A stretch of 64,000 nt of DNA from an uncultured Candidatus Rokubacteria bacterium. Its GTDB lineage: Bacteria; Methylomirabilota; Methylomirabilia; Rokubacteriales; CSP1-6. Position numbers and translations under genes: made by a program. This document shows positions 1 through 9,662 of this stretch, one piece after another. Each line of letters starts with the position of its first letter. Positions within the stretch are counted from its first letter, which is position 1. Under the pieces are notes generated by a model that did not search any database, was not told the DNA's origin, and worked only from the letters and a program-made list of their open reading frames with translations. The stretch spans positions 480,001 to 544,000 of the forward strand of contig CAVYTA010000007.1 in NCBI GenBank assembly GCA_963771355.1. Direction: 5' to 3'.

Positions 1-399
1 TGGCCGCCGAAGACCGCCGAGTTCATCCGCGAGATGAAGTCCGAGATCGTCAATCCCTTCCCGTTCGTCCCCGAGGTGCAGCCCGGCAAGATCGGGCCCA
101 TTTTCGAGATCCGCTACTACACGCTCAAGGGGGGCACGCTCCCCGACACCATGAAGGGCTGGGAGGCCAAGCTGCCCGAGCGGATCAAGCTCTCGCCGGT
201 AGTGCTCGCGGGCGGCGTCGAGTTCGGCGCCGCCAACGGCTTCGTGCACATCTGGGCCTATCAGAGCCTCGAGCAGCGCGGCCAGGTGCGGGATGAGGCG
301 AGGAAGACGGGGGTGTGGCCGCCGCCGGGCGGCGGCGACCGGCTCCTCACGCAGGAGAACAAGATCGTTCTGCCGGCCGCCTTCTCACCGTTGCAGTGA
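1..399 (+). CDS. NIPSNAP family protein (5' truncated by the window edge)
   Basis: Frame is open from base 1. FEIRYYTLK...HIWAYQSLEQR...WPP...QENKIVLPAAFSPLQ is the typical NIPSNAP C-terminal repeat. Confidence 0.85.
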   Translation, partial: WPPKTAEFIREMKSEIVNPFPFVPEVQPGKIGPIFEIRYYTLKGGTLPDTMKGWEAKLPERIKLSPVVLAGGVEFGAANGFVHIWAYQSLEQRGQVRDEARKTGVWPPPGGGDRLLTQENKIVLPAAFSPLQ

Positions 400-1007
400 T
401 TGCCCGGCCGCTCCGGGTGCTGCTGCTGGGCGCCGCGCTCCTCGCGGCGCTCGCCCCCGCCGGCGCCGCGCAGACGCCGGCGCGGGTGCGCGGCAGCATC
501 GCGGAGCTGGTCGGCCCGGTGCTCATGATCAAGACCCGCGAGGGTCCGACGGTGCAGGTGCGCCTCCTGGAGGGCCTCACCGTGCTCGGGGTCGGCAAGG
601 CCGTCCTCGCCGACGTGAAGCCGGGCGCGTACGTCGGGGTGGCCGCGGTGAAGCAGGCCGACGGGACCTACCGCGCGCAGGAGATCACGATCTTCCCCCA
701 CATGGCGCGCGGCAGCGCCGAGGGGCATACCCCGTGGGACCTCACCCCCGACAGCACCATGACCAATGCCACGGTGGACGCCATCGTGGTCCGGTCGGCG
801 GGTCATCTCCTCACGCTCAAGTACAAGGACGGCGAGCTCAAGGTGACGGTCCCGCCGCGCACGCCGGTGGTGACGTTCAATATCGCCACCCATGCGCTGC
901 TCGCGCCGGGCGCCCACGTCTTCGTCCCCGCGGTGCGCCAGCCCGACGGCAGCCTCGCCACCAACCGCATCCTGGTGGGCAAGGCCGGCGTGGTACCGCC
1001 CATGTGA
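396..1007 (+). CDS. Exported hypothetical protein (DUF5666-like beta-rich repeats)
   Basis: GTG overlaps the upstream TGA (GTGA). Signal peptide (RVLLLGAALLAALAPAGAA) and a PWDLTPDSTMTNATV motif. Confidence 0.7.
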   Translation: MIARPLRVLLLGAALLAALAPAGAAQTPARVRGSIAELVGPVLMIKTREGPTVQVRLLEGLTVLGVGKAVLADVKPGAYVGVAAVKQADGTYRAQEITIFPHMARGSAEGHTPWDLTPDSTMTNATVDAIVVRSAGHLLTLKYKDGELKVTVPPRTPVVTFNIATHALLAPGAHVFVPAVRQPDGSLATNRILVGKAGVVPPM

Positions 1008-1028
1008 GGTCGATCCCCCCGACCGCTC

Positions 1029-2123
1029 CTAGCCGCCGCGCGAGCTCGCGCGCAGCAGCTCGCGCACCTTGGCGGTGAAGGTGTCGGCCTCGAACGGCTT
1101 GCCGAGGAAGTCGGCCTCCTCCCCCTCGATGGCCTCCCGCGCGCTGCCCTCGTCCACGATCCCGGAGATGTAGAGCACCCGCACGCCGGGCCGGAGCTTG
1201 GTGAAGCGCTGCGCGAGCTGCCGTCCGTTCATGCCCGGCATCATCATGTCGGTGACGAGGAGATCGATCTTCCCCGTGTGCTGTCCCGCGCGGTCGAGCG
1301 CGGCCTGGCCGCTTTCCGCCTCGAGGACGTGGAAGCCCGCCGGCCGCAGGATATTGGCGGCCACGAACAGGAAGCTCGGGTCGTCGTCCACGAGGAGCAA
1401 GGTGCCGACGGCGGTGCCCGGCGCGGGGTCGGGCTCGCGCTTGCCCAGGGGCGCCGGCGCGGGGACATCGGCGACCGGCGCCGGCGCGATGACGGGCGCG
1501 GGAGCCGCGGGGGGTGCTGGCGCGGGGGCCGGGGCCGGAACCGGGCGCGGCGGCGCGGGCGGCGCCGACGCGGGCGCGGGTCGCGGGGGTGGGGCCGCCG
1601 GTCGCAGGGGCGGGGCCGCCGGGGGTGCGGCCGCTGGTCGCGGCGGCGCGGCAGGGGCCGCGGTGACGGCGGGTTCCGGGGCCCTCGCTGGCGCCGGCGC
1701 GGCGGCGGTGGCGGCCGGCGCCGCGGTGGGCGGGCGGCGTGCCGCCTCCAGGTCCTTCCTCAGCCGCTCGACCTCGGCCCGGCTCTCGCGCAACGCCATC
1801 TCGGACTGCTTCTGCCGGTCGGCGACGGCCTCCGCGGCGCGCGCCCGCTCCTCGGATTCCCGCTGCTGGCCGAGCGCCCGCTGGAGATCCAGGCGCATCC
1901 GCTCCGTCTCGGCCTGAATCCCGGTGAGGCGCTGGTCGCGGCTGGCCGCCGACGCGCGCAGGCGCTCCAGCTCGGCGGCACCCTGGCCCCGCGCCCAGAA
2001 GATGAGCCCGAGGCCGATGACGCCCAGGACCACGAGGGCGGCGACGGCGGGTGTCTCGTGATCGGCAACGGTCAGGGCGCCGGCGCCGAGCACGGTGGCG
2101 AGGATCATGACGACGACGGGCAT
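1029..2123 (-). CDS. Membrane-anchored response regulator (2 TM, coiled coil, Pro/Ala linker, REC)
   Basis: C-terminal receiver domain (LLVDDD, DLLVTDMMMPGMNG, FLGKPF). AGGAGG lies upstream; alternative GTG start at 2132. Confidence 0.75.
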   Translation of the reverse strand: MPVVVMILATVLGAGALTVADHETPAVAALVVLGVIGLGLIFWARGQGAAELERLRASAASRDQRLTGIQAETERMRLDLQRALGQQRESEERARAAEAVADRQKQSEMALRESRAEVERLRKDLEAARRPPTAAPAATAAAPAPARAPEPAVTAAPAAPPRPAAAPPAAPPLRPAAPPPRPAPASAPPAPPRPVPAPAPAPAPPAAPAPVIAPAPVADVPAPAPLGKREPDPAPGTAVGTLLLVDDDPSFLFVAANILRPAGFHVLEAESGQAALDRAGQHTGKIDLLVTDMMMPGMNGRQLAQRFTKLRPGVRVLYISGIVDEGSAREAIEGEEADFLGKPFEADTFTAKVRELLRASSRGG

Positions 2124-2144
2124 GTGGCGCACGCGGCCTCCTTT

Positions 2145-2183
2145 GCCTCGGGCATGGGCCTCGGGCATGGGCCTCGAGCATGA
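2145..2183. repeat. 13-bp tandem repeat GCCTCGGGCATGG x3 (third copy degenerate)
   Basis: Copies at 2145-2157, 2158-2170 and 2171-2183. Confidence 0.7.
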
Positions 2184-2313
2184 GCTCCGAGCACGTCTCG
2201 GGCCCGACTCGCGGTGGGCTGACGTTAGCCCCGAGGGTGGGGGAAGGTCAAGAAACGGCGCATGCCTCGGGTGCGGTAGAATCCCCCCGCCATGCAGGAC
2301 TGCTCTCCACTCT

Positions 2314-2350
2314 ACTGAGCGGCGTCTTCTCTGGACTGAGCGGCGTCTTC
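2314..2350 (+). repeat. Exact 16-bp direct repeat ACTGAGCGGCGTCTTC, 21-bp period; possible operator
   Basis: Copies at 2314-2329 and 2335-2350, just upstream of the SDR RBS. Confidence 0.6.
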
Positions 2351-2368
2351 GACCAGAAAGGGATTCCC

Positions 2369-3175
2369 ATGGGCGTGCTGGACGGCAAGGTGGCGGTGGT
2401 GACGGGCGCGGGCCGGCGGCGCGGGATCGGCCGGGCCACCGCGGTGGCGCTGGCCGAGCTGGGTGCCGACGTGGTGGTGACGGGGACGGGTCGCGACCCG
2501 TCGTCCTATCCGGACGACGAGAAGAAGGCGGGCTGGAAGGACGTGGAGAGCACGGCGGCGCAGATCCGCGCCGTCGGCCGTCGCGCCCTCACCTTCACCG
2601 GCGACGTGAGCGAGGCCGCCACCGCGAAGCGCCTGGTGGAGACGACCGTGAAGGAGCTGGGCCGACTCGACGTGCTGGTGAACAATGCCGCGTATCCGCG
2701 GGGCAACGATCGCGTCCCGATCTCCCAGCTGGACGAGGGCATCTGGAGGAAGGTGCTCGACATCAAGCTCACCGGCGCCTTCCTCCTGTGCCAGCAAGCG
2801 GTGCCCATCATGACGAAGCAGAAGTGGGGCCGCATCATCAACATCTCCTCCATCGCCGGGAAGCGCGGCAGCCCCAACACCGCCGCCTACAATGCCGCCA
2901 ACTTCGGCATCCAGGGTCTCACCCAGTCCATCGCCCAGGAGGTCGCGCGGCACGGCGTCACCTGCAACGCGGTGTGCCCGGGCACCATCGACACCGCGCG
3001 CATGGACGTGCTGGGGCGCGGCGAGGGCTGGCAGAAGCAGCTCGAACGTATCCCCATGGGCCGCGCCGCCACCGACGAGGAGGTGGCGGGGCTCATCGGC
3101 TTCCTGTGCTCGCCGGCGGCGGCGTTCATCACCGGACAAGCCATCAACATCGACGGCGGGGTGGTGATGTGGTGA
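2369..3175 (+). CDS. SDR family oxidoreductase
   Basis: TGAGRRRGIG, VNNAA, YNAAN (YxxxK with K replaced by N), NAVCPG and ITGQAINIDGG. Confidence 0.9.
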   Translation: MGVLDGKVAVVTGAGRRRGIGRATAVALAELGADVVVTGTGRDPSSYPDDEKKAGWKDVESTAAQIRAVGRRALTFTGDVSEAATAKRLVETTVKELGRLDVLVNNAAYPRGNDRVPISQLDEGIWRKVLDIKLTGAFLLCQQAVPIMTKQKWGRIINISSIAGKRGSPNTAAYNAANFGIQGLTQSIAQEVARHGVTCNAVCPGTIDTARMDVLGRGEGWQKQLERIPMGRAATDEEVAGLIGFLCSPAAAFITGQAINIDGGVVMW

Positions 3176-3247
3176 GGTAGAGTATCCAGGCCGCACCGGC
3201 GGGCAGATTCACGGAATGCCGCAGGGACCCACAAAGGAGAGCGGAGC

Positions 3248-4309
3248 ATGGCCGCCAAGTACAAGGTCGTCGTCCAGAAGCCGTCCGGCGGGATCACGTA
3301 TGATCTGGCCGACCCCAGCTACTCCATCGAGCGCGAGGCGCTGGATCCCATCGGCGCCGAGATCGTCGAAGTGCCGGCGAAGACGGAGGAGGAGTTCATC
3401 GCGGCGGCGCGGGACGCCGACGCGCTCATCGCGCGCAATCGCCGCATCTCGGCCGCCATCATCAAGAGCCTCCGGAACTGCAAGGTGATCGGGCTCGGTA
3501 GCGTGGGCGCCGACACCGTGGACGTGGACGCCGCCACCGAGGCGGGCATCGTGGTCACCAATGTCCCCGACGTCTTCATCGACGAGGTGGCCGACCACAC
3601 CATGGCCATGTTCCTGGCCGCCCACCGCCGCCTGCGGCTGATGCATCAGCTCACGGTGGAGGGGAAGTGGATGGAGGGCCGGCCCCACTTCAAGGACATC
3701 CCACGCCTGTACGGCCAGACCATCGGGCTCATCTCCTTCGGTAACGTGGCCAAGGCAGTGGCGCGGCGCTGCCATGCCTTCGGCCTGCGCGTGATCGCGT
3801 TCGATCCCTTCCTCGGCGAGCTCGAGATGACGGCGGTGGGGGTGGAGCCGGTCACCAGCCTCATCGAGCTGTGCCAGCGCTCGGACTTCCTCTCCATGCA
3901 CGCGCCGCTCAATGCCGAGACCCAGCACCTGATGGGCGAGCGCGAGTTCCGCGCCATGAAGCCCACCGCCATCTTCATCAACAACGGCCGGGGCCCCACC
4001 GTGGACGAGCGGGCCCTCACCGAGGCGCTTCGCCAGGGCTGGATCGCCGGCGCCGCGCTCGACGTCTTCGAGACGGAGCCCGTCGACACCGCCAACGCGC
4101 TGCTCGCCATGGACAACGTCATCGTCACCCCGCACATCGCCTCCGCGACGGCTCGGATGGCGCCGGAGACACGGCGCCGGCTGGGGCGCGAGATCGCCAC
4201 CGTGCTGCAGGGCAAGTGGCCGCGCTCGGCGGTGAACCCCGGCGTGCTCCCGCGCACCGGCCTCATTCGCTGGCAGCCCTATCCCATGGGCCGGGGACCG
4301 AACCGGTAG
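3248..4309 (+). CDS. D-2-hydroxyacid dehydrogenase (CtBP-like)
   Basis: VTNVPD, HAPL, INNGRG, AALDVFETEP and TPHIA. RBS AAAGGAG. Confidence 0.9.
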   Translation: MAAKYKVVVQKPSGGITYDLADPSYSIEREALDPIGAEIVEVPAKTEEEFIAAARDADALIARNRRISAAIIKSLRNCKVIGLGSVGADTVDVDAATEAGIVVTNVPDVFIDEVADHTMAMFLAAHRRLRLMHQLTVEGKWMEGRPHFKDIPRLYGQTIGLISFGNVAKAVARRCHAFGLRVIAFDPFLGELEMTAVGVEPVTSLIELCQRSDFLSMHAPLNAETQHLMGEREFRAMKPTAIFINNGRGPTVDERALTEALRQGWIAGAALDVFETEPVDTANALLAMDNVIVTPHIASATARMAPETRRRLGREIATVLQGKWPRSAVNPGVLPRTGLIRWQPYPMGRGPNR

Positions 4310-4317
4310 CCACCCCC

Positions 4318-5310
4318 ATGCGCCACGTCCGCCTCGGCCGCACCGGGCTGCAGGTGTCGCGGATCTGCCTGGGCACCATGACCTTCGGCCTGCAGTGCGA
4401 GGAGCCGATGGCGGTGGCCATCCTGGACCGCGCGGCGGCAGGCGGCGTCACCTTTCTCGACGCGGCCGACGTGTATCCGGTGGGGGGCAGCCTCGACACG
4501 GTGGGGCGCACCGAGGAGATCCTCGGGCGCTGGCTGGCGGGACGCCGCCACGACTTCGTGCTCGCCACCAAGTGCGCGGGGGTGATGGGCGCCCGGCCCT
4601 GGGACCGCGGACTGTCCCGCAAGCATATCCTCGACGCCATCGACGCCTCCCTGCGCCGCCTGCGCACCGACTACGTGGATCTCTATCAGCTGCACTCACC
4701 CGACCGCGAGACGCCCCTCGACGAGACCCTGCGCGCGCTGGACGACGTGGTGCGGGCGGGGAAGGCGCGCTACGTGGGCTGCTCCAACTTCCTGGCCTAT
4801 CAGGTGGCGCGCGCCGTCGGCCGCAGCGAGGCGCAGGGGCTGGTCCGCTTCGACTCGGTGCAGCCGCGGTACAACCTCCTCTTCCGCCAGATCGAGCGCG
4901 AGCTGCTCCCGCTGTGCCGGGAGGAGGGTATCGGCGTCATCCCGTACAATCCGCTGGCGGGCGGCTTCCTCAGCGGCAAGCACCGGCGGGAGACGGGCCC
5001 CACCCCGGGCACCCGCTTCACCCTGGGCAGCGCGGCGAAGCGCTATCAGGATCGGTACTGGCACGAGCGCGAGTTCGCCACCGTCGAGGCGTTGCGGCCG
5101 CTGGCCGCGGAGGCGGGGATCTCGCTCACGCGGATGGCGGTGGCGTGGGTGCTCGCGCATCCGGCCGTCACCGCGCCCATCATCGGGGCCAGCCGCCCCG
5201 AGCAGCTCGACGACGTGCTGCCGGCGGTGGACAAGGACCTCGGCGCCGACATCAAGGCGCGGCTCGATACCCTCACCGCCGGCTACCGCCTAGGCGACGA
5301 TCCCCGCTGA
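4318..5310 (+). CDS. Aldo/keto reductase
   Basis: LGRTGLQVSRICLGTMTFG, DAADVY, LATK, SLRRLRTDYVDLYQLH and YNPLAGG. Confidence 0.92.
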   Translation: MRHVRLGRTGLQVSRICLGTMTFGLQCEEPMAVAILDRAAAGGVTFLDAADVYPVGGSLDTVGRTEEILGRWLAGRRHDFVLATKCAGVMGARPWDRGLSRKHILDAIDASLRRLRTDYVDLYQLHSPDRETPLDETLRALDDVVRAGKARYVGCSNFLAYQVARAVGRSEAQGLVRFDSVQPRYNLLFRQIERELLPLCREEGIGVIPYNPLAGGFLSGKHRRETGPTPGTRFTLGSAAKRYQDRYWHEREFATVEALRPLAAEAGISLTRMAVAWVLAHPAVTAPIIGASRPEQLDDVLPAVDKDLGADIKARLDTLTAGYRLGDDPR

Positions 5311-5329
5311 GCGGAGGGAGGCTCTCGGC

Positions 5330-6280
5330 ATGGCGCGCGTGGCGATCCTCGACGACTATCAGGGCGTGGCCCTCGGCCTGGCGGACTGGAAGAGCCTCCC
5401 CGCCGGGACCGACGTGCAGGTCTTCTCCGACCACCTCGACGCACCCGACGCGCTCGCGAAGCGGCTGGCCGACTTCGACGTGGTGATGGCGATGCGGGAG
5501 CGCACCCCGTTTCCGCGCGCGCTGCTGGAGCGTCTCCCGCGGCTGCGCCTCCTCGTCACCTCGGGGATGCGCAATGCCTCCATCGACGTGAAGGCGGCGA
5601 CGGAGCGCGGGATCACCGTGTGCGGGACCTCGGGGCTCCCGTATCCCACCGCCGAGCTGGCCTGGGGACTGGTGCTCGCCCTCTTCCGCCGCATCCCCGT
5701 CGAGGACCGGGCCACGCGCGACGGCCGCTGGCAGACCACCGTCGGGCTCGGCCTCAACGGCAAGACCCTGGGCGTGCTCGGGCTGGGGACGCTGGGGTCG
5801 CGGGTGGCGCGGTACGGACGCGCCTTCGAGATGGACGTGCTGGCCTGGAGCCAGAACCTCACCGCCGCCCGGGCGGCGGAGGTGGGCGCCACCCTGGTGG
5901 ACAAGGACGAGCTGCTCGCGCGCTCGGACGTGGTGAGCATTCACCTCGTCCTGGGGGACCGGACCCGTGGCCTTCTCGGGGCCCGCGAGCTCGGGCTCAT
6001 GAAGCCCACCGCCTACCTCGTCAATACCTCGCGGGGCCCCATCGTGGACGAGGCGGCCCTGATCCGGGCGCTGCGCGAGGGGACGATCGCCGGCGCCGGC
6101 CTCGACGTCTTCGAGCCGGAGCCGCTGCCCGCCGACCATCCGTTCCGCCGGCTTCCCAACACCGTGATCACGCCGCACCTGGGCTACGTCACCGAGGAAA
6201 CCTACCGGGTCTTCTTCGGTCAGGCGGTCGAGGACATCAGGGCCTTCCTCGACGGCAAGCCCGTCCGCGTCCTGAGCTGA
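5330..6280 (+). CDS. D-2-hydroxyacid dehydrogenase family protein
   Basis: AILDDYQ, MRERT, GLGTLG, VNTSRG, AGLDVFEPEP and TPHLGY. Confidence 0.9.
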   Translation: MARVAILDDYQGVALGLADWKSLPAGTDVQVFSDHLDAPDALAKRLADFDVVMAMRERTPFPRALLERLPRLRLLVTSGMRNASIDVKAATERGITVCGTSGLPYPTAELAWGLVLALFRRIPVEDRATRDGRWQTTVGLGLNGKTLGVLGLGTLGSRVARYGRAFEMDVLAWSQNLTAARAAEVGATLVDKDELLARSDVVSIHLVLGDRTRGLLGARELGLMKPTAYLVNTSRGPIVDEAALIRALREGTIAGAGLDVFEPEPLPADHPFRRLPNTVITPHLGYVTEETYRVFFGQAVEDIRAFLDGKPVRVLS

Positions 6281-6285
6281 CCGGA

Positions 6286-6882
6286 TCAGGCGGCGTCAAG
6301 CCGCCGGGCCACGCGCGGGTACTCGAGCACCAGCCCGTCGGCGTCCGTGCGGATCTCCTCGACGAAGTCGGTACCCAGGCCCTCGTAGCGCCAGCGACTC
6401 TCGGCGGCGCTCCGGGAGAGCAGGGTATAGCGCTGACGCGCGGGGGCCAGCTCGAGGGTGGGCAGGGCGATGTAGACCACCCGGATCTCCGCCGCATCCC
6501 CCGGCTCGAGGCGGAGGCGGCGCATGGGGAGCGTGTTGGTGAAGGCGGACGCGTAGAGGTCCACGTCGACGCAGCCGTCAAGGGCGGCCAGGGGCTCACC
6601 ACCCCGAAGCCGCCAGTGACCGACGCCGTCGGCGAGCAGATCGAGGACGCGCCCCGGCAGCGCGTCCGCCTCCACCCGCACCTCCCGAGCCCGCCACGCC
6701 GCATCGCAGCGGATGACATAGTGCACCCGCACCAGCCGACCTGCGTGCACGCCGAGCATCTCGCCGTCCGCCAAGGGCTCGCCGGCGTCGAGGCGGAGGG
6801 CGAGGTGCTCGAGCCCGGGCTCGTCCCAGGCCTCCCAGAGGAGATCGAGGGAGCGGTTTTCCGGGGGGCCGGCGGCGCTCAC
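6286..6882 (-). CDS. Putative glycolipid-binding domain protein
   Basis: GLEHL, GCVDVDL, FTNTLPMRRL, QRYT and DADGLVLEYP motifs of this family. Confidence 0.8.
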   Translation of the reverse strand: MSAAGPPENRSLDLLWEAWDEPGLEHLALRLDAGEPLADGEMLGVHAGRLVRVHYVIRCDAAWRAREVRVEADALPGRVLDLLADGVGHWRLRGGEPLAALDGCVDVDLYASAFTNTLPMRRLRLEPGDAAEIRVVYIALPTLELAPARQRYTLLSRSAAESRWRYEGLGTDFVEEIRTDADGLVLEYPRVARRLDAA

Positions 6883-6983
6883 AGCGCCGCCTCGGGCCGG
6901 GACCGTCCCCGGCTGGCGCCCTTGAGGGGTCGCGTCCTTACGTTGGGGATCAAGCGGAGCTGGTGTACCAGAGGATGTGGCAT
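6879..6983 (-). pseudogene. 34-aa ORF MPHPLVHQLRLIPNVRTRPLKGASRGRSRPEAAL; possible gene remnant or leader peptide
   Basis: Strong RBS (AAAGGAGG). Its TGA overlaps the GTG of the next gene. Not in the ORF track. Confidence 0.4.
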
Positions 6984-7202
6984 CGCCCCTCCTTTGTCAC
7001 GGCTCTAGCCTAGATTCCTGTCAGCAATGCCGGGTGAGTTATAATTGGTCGCTCGAAATTGAAAAAATCGAAGAAAGTGAAACAAATCGAACGCCAAGCC
7101 CCTATTACTACCGCCGCAGCGGCCGCCCACTGTCACGTATCGATTCCCACCTTTAAGCGCTGGATCGAGCGGGGCGCCGCGGGCCAGGCGAGCTGACATG
7201 CC

Positions 7203-9620
7203 ATGGATACTATTCGCGTGCTCTACGCCGAGGACGATCCCACTGACCGCGAGCTGACCACCCGTCATCTCGCGCGCCACGCCCCTCATCTCAAGCTGGA
7301 GCTGGTCACCACGGTCGCGGCGGCCCTCGACGTCCTGGAGGGCGGCGGGGTCGACCTCGTGCTGTCGGACTTCCGCTTGCCCGATGGGACCGGGCTCGAC
7401 GTGCTGGAAGCGGTGACGACGCGAAGCCTGTCCCTGCCGGTGGTGCTGGTGACGGGATCCGGTGACGTGGAGTCGGCGGTCCGCCTGCTCAAGGCGGGCG
7501 CCGCCAACTACGTGGTGAAGCGGCCGGGCTATCTCCAGACGCTGCCCACCGTGATCACCGACGCGTGCCGGTGGTACGCCTCCTCGCGCGAGCTGCGGCG
7601 GGCAACCGTCCGCGTCCTCTACGTCGAGCATGAGCCGGCGGACATCGAGCTGACGCGCCGGGCCTTCCAGGAGCACGGCCGTCACCTCGAGCTCGAGGTC
7701 GTGGCCCGCGGCCGCACCGCCATCGAGCGGCTCCGCACCATGCCCTGCGACCTCCTCCTCCTCGACTACCGCCTGCCGGACATGACCGCCATCGAGATGC
7801 TCAAGATGATCCGAGAGGAAGGCCTGCGGGTGCCGGTGGTGATCGTGACCGGCCAGGGAGACGAGGAGACGGCGGTGCAGGCCTTCAAGCTCGGGGCGGC
7901 GGACTACGTGGTCAAGCGTCCCGGCTATCTCGCCAGGCTCCTCTCCACCCTCGAGATGGTCCTCGGCCAGCAGCGGCTGGCCGATGAGAAGGACGCGCTG
8001 CTCGTCCTCAACAGCCTCACGCGCTCCATCGCCACCGTGCGCGAGCTCGGAGACCTCACCGCGCGGGTCACCCGGGCGGCGGTGGAGCTGCTGCACGCGG
8101 AGAGTGGCGTGCTGTGGCTCCTGCAGGAGGGCGAGCTGCGCCCCCGCGCGTGGGTGGGGCTCGACGACGCGGCCGCGCGCGCCCTCGTCCGCCCGCTGGA
8201 TGCGGTGGCCACCGCGCGCCTGGTCTCGGACCGTCGGGTGGACGTCGGCGCCCTCCTCGGCGCGGCGACGCTCGCGCCGCCGGCCTCGCCCGATCTGGTC
8301 GAAGCCGAGCAGACGGCGGCTGTCTCGCTGGAAAGCTCCGGCACGCTGGTGGGGGTGCTCGCGATCTCCAGCCGCCGGCCCCGGCAGTTCAAGCCGCTCG
8401 AGGAACGGCTGCTCACTGCGCTCGCCGACCACTCCGCGGTGGCCATCGAGAACACCCGCCTCTACGAGGAGCTGAAGAATCGGCACGAGGAGCTGCGCCG
8501 CACCCAGGACCAGCTCCTCCAGACGGAGAAGATCGCCGCGATGGGGCAGCTCCTGGCCGGGGTCGCCCACGAGCTGAACAATCCGCTGTCCGTGGTCATC
8601 GGGCAGGCCCGGCTCCTGGAGATGAAGACGAAAGACGCCGGAGACGTCGAGCGCTCGCAGAAGATCGCCGCGGCGGCGGACCGCTGCGGCCGCATCGTGA
8701 AGAATTTCCTGGCGCTGGCCCGCCAGCATTCGCCCGAGCGCCAGGCGGCGGATCTGAACCAGGTGGTCCGCGACGCGCTGGAGCTGGTGGACTATCAGCT
8801 CCGCGTGTCCGGCGTGGAGGTCACCGTCGACCTCTCGGCGCCGTCCCCCGCCCTGTGGGCCGATCCGCATCAGCTCCATCAGGTGGTCCTCAATCTGGTG
8901 ACCAATGCCCACCACGCGATGCGGGAAATGGCGTCGCCGCGCCAGCTCCGCGTGGCCACCCGCTTCGACGCCACCCACGCCAACATCGAGGTGACCGATG
9001 CCGGCCCCGGCATCCCGGCCCACGTGCTGCCCCGCATCTTCGAGCCCTTCTTCACCACCAAGCCCGCCGGCCAGGGCACCGGGCTCGGGTTGCCCCTGTG
9101 CCAGGCGATGGTCGAGGCCCACGGCGGCACCATCCGGGTGGCGAGCGAGGTGGGTCGGGGCACCACCTTCGTGGTGTCGCTGCCCATCCAGACGCTGTCC
9201 GCCCTCACCATGGAGTCCACCCCGCGCGTGAAACCGGCCGAGGTGCGCCCCGGCCGTATCCTGGTGGTAGATGACGAGCCGGTGGTGCTCGAGGTGCTGG
9301 CCGGGCTGCTCGGGCTGCAGGGACACGAGGTCGAGACGGTGGGCAGCGGGACCGCCGCGCTGGAGAAGATCGCGGCGATATCCTACGATCTCATCTTCAG
9401 CGATGTCCGCATGCCGGGTCTCGACGGGCCCGGCCTCTATCGGGAGATCTCGGAGCGACATCCCGCGCTGCTCGCCCGGCTGGTGTACATCACCGGCGAC
9501 ACGCTGAGCCCGGACGTGGAGGCCTTTCTCTCGCGCACCGCCGTCACCTGCCTCGCCAAGCCGTTCGTCTTCGACGATCTGGAACGGGTGGTCGGCCGCT
9601 TTCTGTCCACCGGCACCTGA
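7203..9620 (+). CDS. Hybrid histidine kinase REC-REC-GAF-HisKA-HATPase-REC
   Basis: Two N-terminal receivers, a GAF domain (LADHSAVAIEN), H-box AHELNNPL, FFTTK..GQGTGLGL and a C-terminal REC. Confidence 0.92.
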   Translation: MDTIRVLYAEDDPTDRELTTRHLARHAPHLKLELVTTVAAALDVLEGGGVDLVLSDFRLPDGTGLDVLEAVTTRSLSLPVVLVTGSGDVESAVRLLKAGAANYVVKRPGYLQTLPTVITDACRWYASSRELRRATVRVLYVEHEPADIELTRRAFQEHGRHLELEVVARGRTAIERLRTMPCDLLLLDYRLPDMTAIEMLKMIREEGLRVPVVIVTGQGDEETAVQAFKLGAADYVVKRPGYLARLLSTLEMVLGQQRLADEKDALLVLNSLTRSIATVRELGDLTARVTRAAVELLHAESGVLWLLQEGELRPRAWVGLDDAAARALVRPLDAVATARLVSDRRVDVGALLGAATLAPPASPDLVEAEQTAAVSLESSGTLVGVLAISSRRPRQFKPLEERLLTALADHSAVAIENTRLYEELKNRHEELRRTQDQLLQTEKIAAMGQLLAGVAHELNNPLSVVIGQARLLEMKTKDAGDVERSQKIAAAADRCGRIVKNFLALARQHSPERQAADLNQVVRDALELVDYQLRVSGVEVTVDLSAPSPALWADPHQLHQVVLNLVTNAHHAMREMASPRQLRVATRFDATHANIEVTDAGPGIPAHVLPRIFEPFFTTKPAGQGTGLGLPLCQAMVEAHGGTIRVASEVGRGTTFVVSLPIQTLSALTMESTPRVKPAEVRPGRILVVDDEPVVLEVLAGLLGLQGHEVETVGSGTAALEKIAAISYDLIFSDVRMPGLDGPGLYREISERHPALLARLVYITGDTLSPDVEAFLSRTAVTCLAKPFVFDDLERVVGRFLSTGT

Positions 9621-9662
9621 CCCCGCCGCCGGCCCGCCTCGGGATCGAGTAGGATGGGGGCC

